This document shows positions 62,838 through 64,000 of a stretch of DNA of 64,000 nucleotides, in pieces. The translations under genes and the position numbers were made by a program. Every line of letters starts with the position of its first letter. Position 1 is the first letter of the stretch. The stretch is taken from NCBI RefSeq assembly GCF_006345805.1, contig NC_043022.1, positions 4,774,001 through 4,838,000 of the forward strand. Reading direction: 5' to 3'. The notes under the pieces were generated by a model, which was given only the letters and a program-made list of their open reading frames with translations, did not search any database and had not been told where the DNA came from. The DNA comes from Octopus sinensis. Its lineage: Eukaryota.

Positions 62838-64000
62838 GCACCATGTCGTACAACGGTGAGATAGTGATTCAGGAAAATTATCCAAGTGGAGGTCTTGCAA
62901 GCCACATTTTTGCATTCAGCATTTGAAAGGATAAATAATACACCTGATGCTGTGAGTCCCAACTGCTTGAGATAGGTTACTCAACCCCTTTGAAGGAAGG
63001 TCAAATAAGTGGGAGGTGCGATGTTAAAAGCCCCGAAACCTGGAAACCTTTATGACCTTTGCTCCCACCCCACCCCCAGGAATTCCACCAATAGTGAATT
63101 CCAGGCCATCCATGAGTTGTCTGGTGGAACTACCATAATAACGATAATTGGAATAATATTCGGTAATTACGAAATAATTAAAATATGAAATAGAAGAATT
63201 TTTATTATTATTATTTCAGAAGAATCAGAATTTATTTGCTGCCAAGAGACACAAAGCCGAATAAATATAAATAAAAATGGAAAAAAATGATAAATAAGTA
63301 ATAAATAAATTTATATATTTAATAAAAAAAAAAAAACAAAAGCCAAAGAATTCTGCAAAAATATAATAAAATGAGATAAAATAAAATTTATCAGGATAAA
63401 TTGAGTGAAAAAATATTGAAGAGGTTCTGCGTCTTTTGTGTCTCCGTTATTAAAGAGAATCATGGCTTGATTTTTGTGATTAAATTGAATGAACAACTCT
63501 TTTCATTGTACTGTATTGTTGTTGTTGTTGTTGCATTTCTTTTTTTTTTTTACCCAATTATATTTTTTTGTTTTGTATGTGTTTTCTTTTAGCAGTTGAA
63601 TTTATTGTTGTTGTTGCTGTTGTTTGTTTGCTTTCTGCTATTTGCTTTGTGTGTGTGTGTGTGTGTGTGTTTGTGTGTGTGTGTATTTGTGTGTGTGTGT
63701 GTGTGTTTGTGTGTGTATGTGTGTGTGTTGGTGTTTGTGTGTGTGTGGTGTGTGTGTGTGTGGTGTTTGTGTGTGTGTGTGTGTTTGTGTTTACACTTTC
63801 TCGCTCCTACTGCAAAAATGTCTCCTCTTCTTCTTTGTGAGATATTTTTGTAAATATTGAATATCTCTCACCATTTCCAAAGAATTCCAGTTTGTCTCTG
63901 TTGTAGCAGCAACAATCAGGAAAGAAGAAGAAGAAGAAGAAGAAACCAAAGGAAGAGGAGGAGGAGAGTGACCTGATATGGATTCTACCTTCTCTACAAA

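Overview
AT-rich, repeat-saturated eukaryotic DNA. The SINE families, the (TA)n/(TAA)n/(CAT)n/(GATA)n microsatellite load and the LINE spectrum point to a cephalopod, most likely Octopus (inference, not database-confirmed). No intact host protein-coding gene is recognisable. Almost all ORFs in the supplied track are microsatellite or SINE read-through. The window is intronic or intergenic and is built from at least five SINE families, 5'-truncated LINEs (CR1, RTE, L2/CR1-group, R4/Dong), decayed DNA transposons (Tc1, maT-like, pogo/Tigger, hAT, piggyBac-like and mariner-like MITEs), two non-autonomous Helitrons and a solo LTR. The most notable unannotated signal is a set of short non-coding elements of several unrelated families that sit inside (TA)n tracts and carry minimal type I hammerhead ribozyme motifs (CUGANGA-stem II-GAAA-palindromic stem III-NUH). 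Several have inverted terminal duplications, as in Penelope-like or retrozyme-type elements. The same (TA)n tracts also show templated copies of nearby unique DNA and a near-perfect 232-bp palindrome. All coordinates were read by eye and may be off by a few bases.
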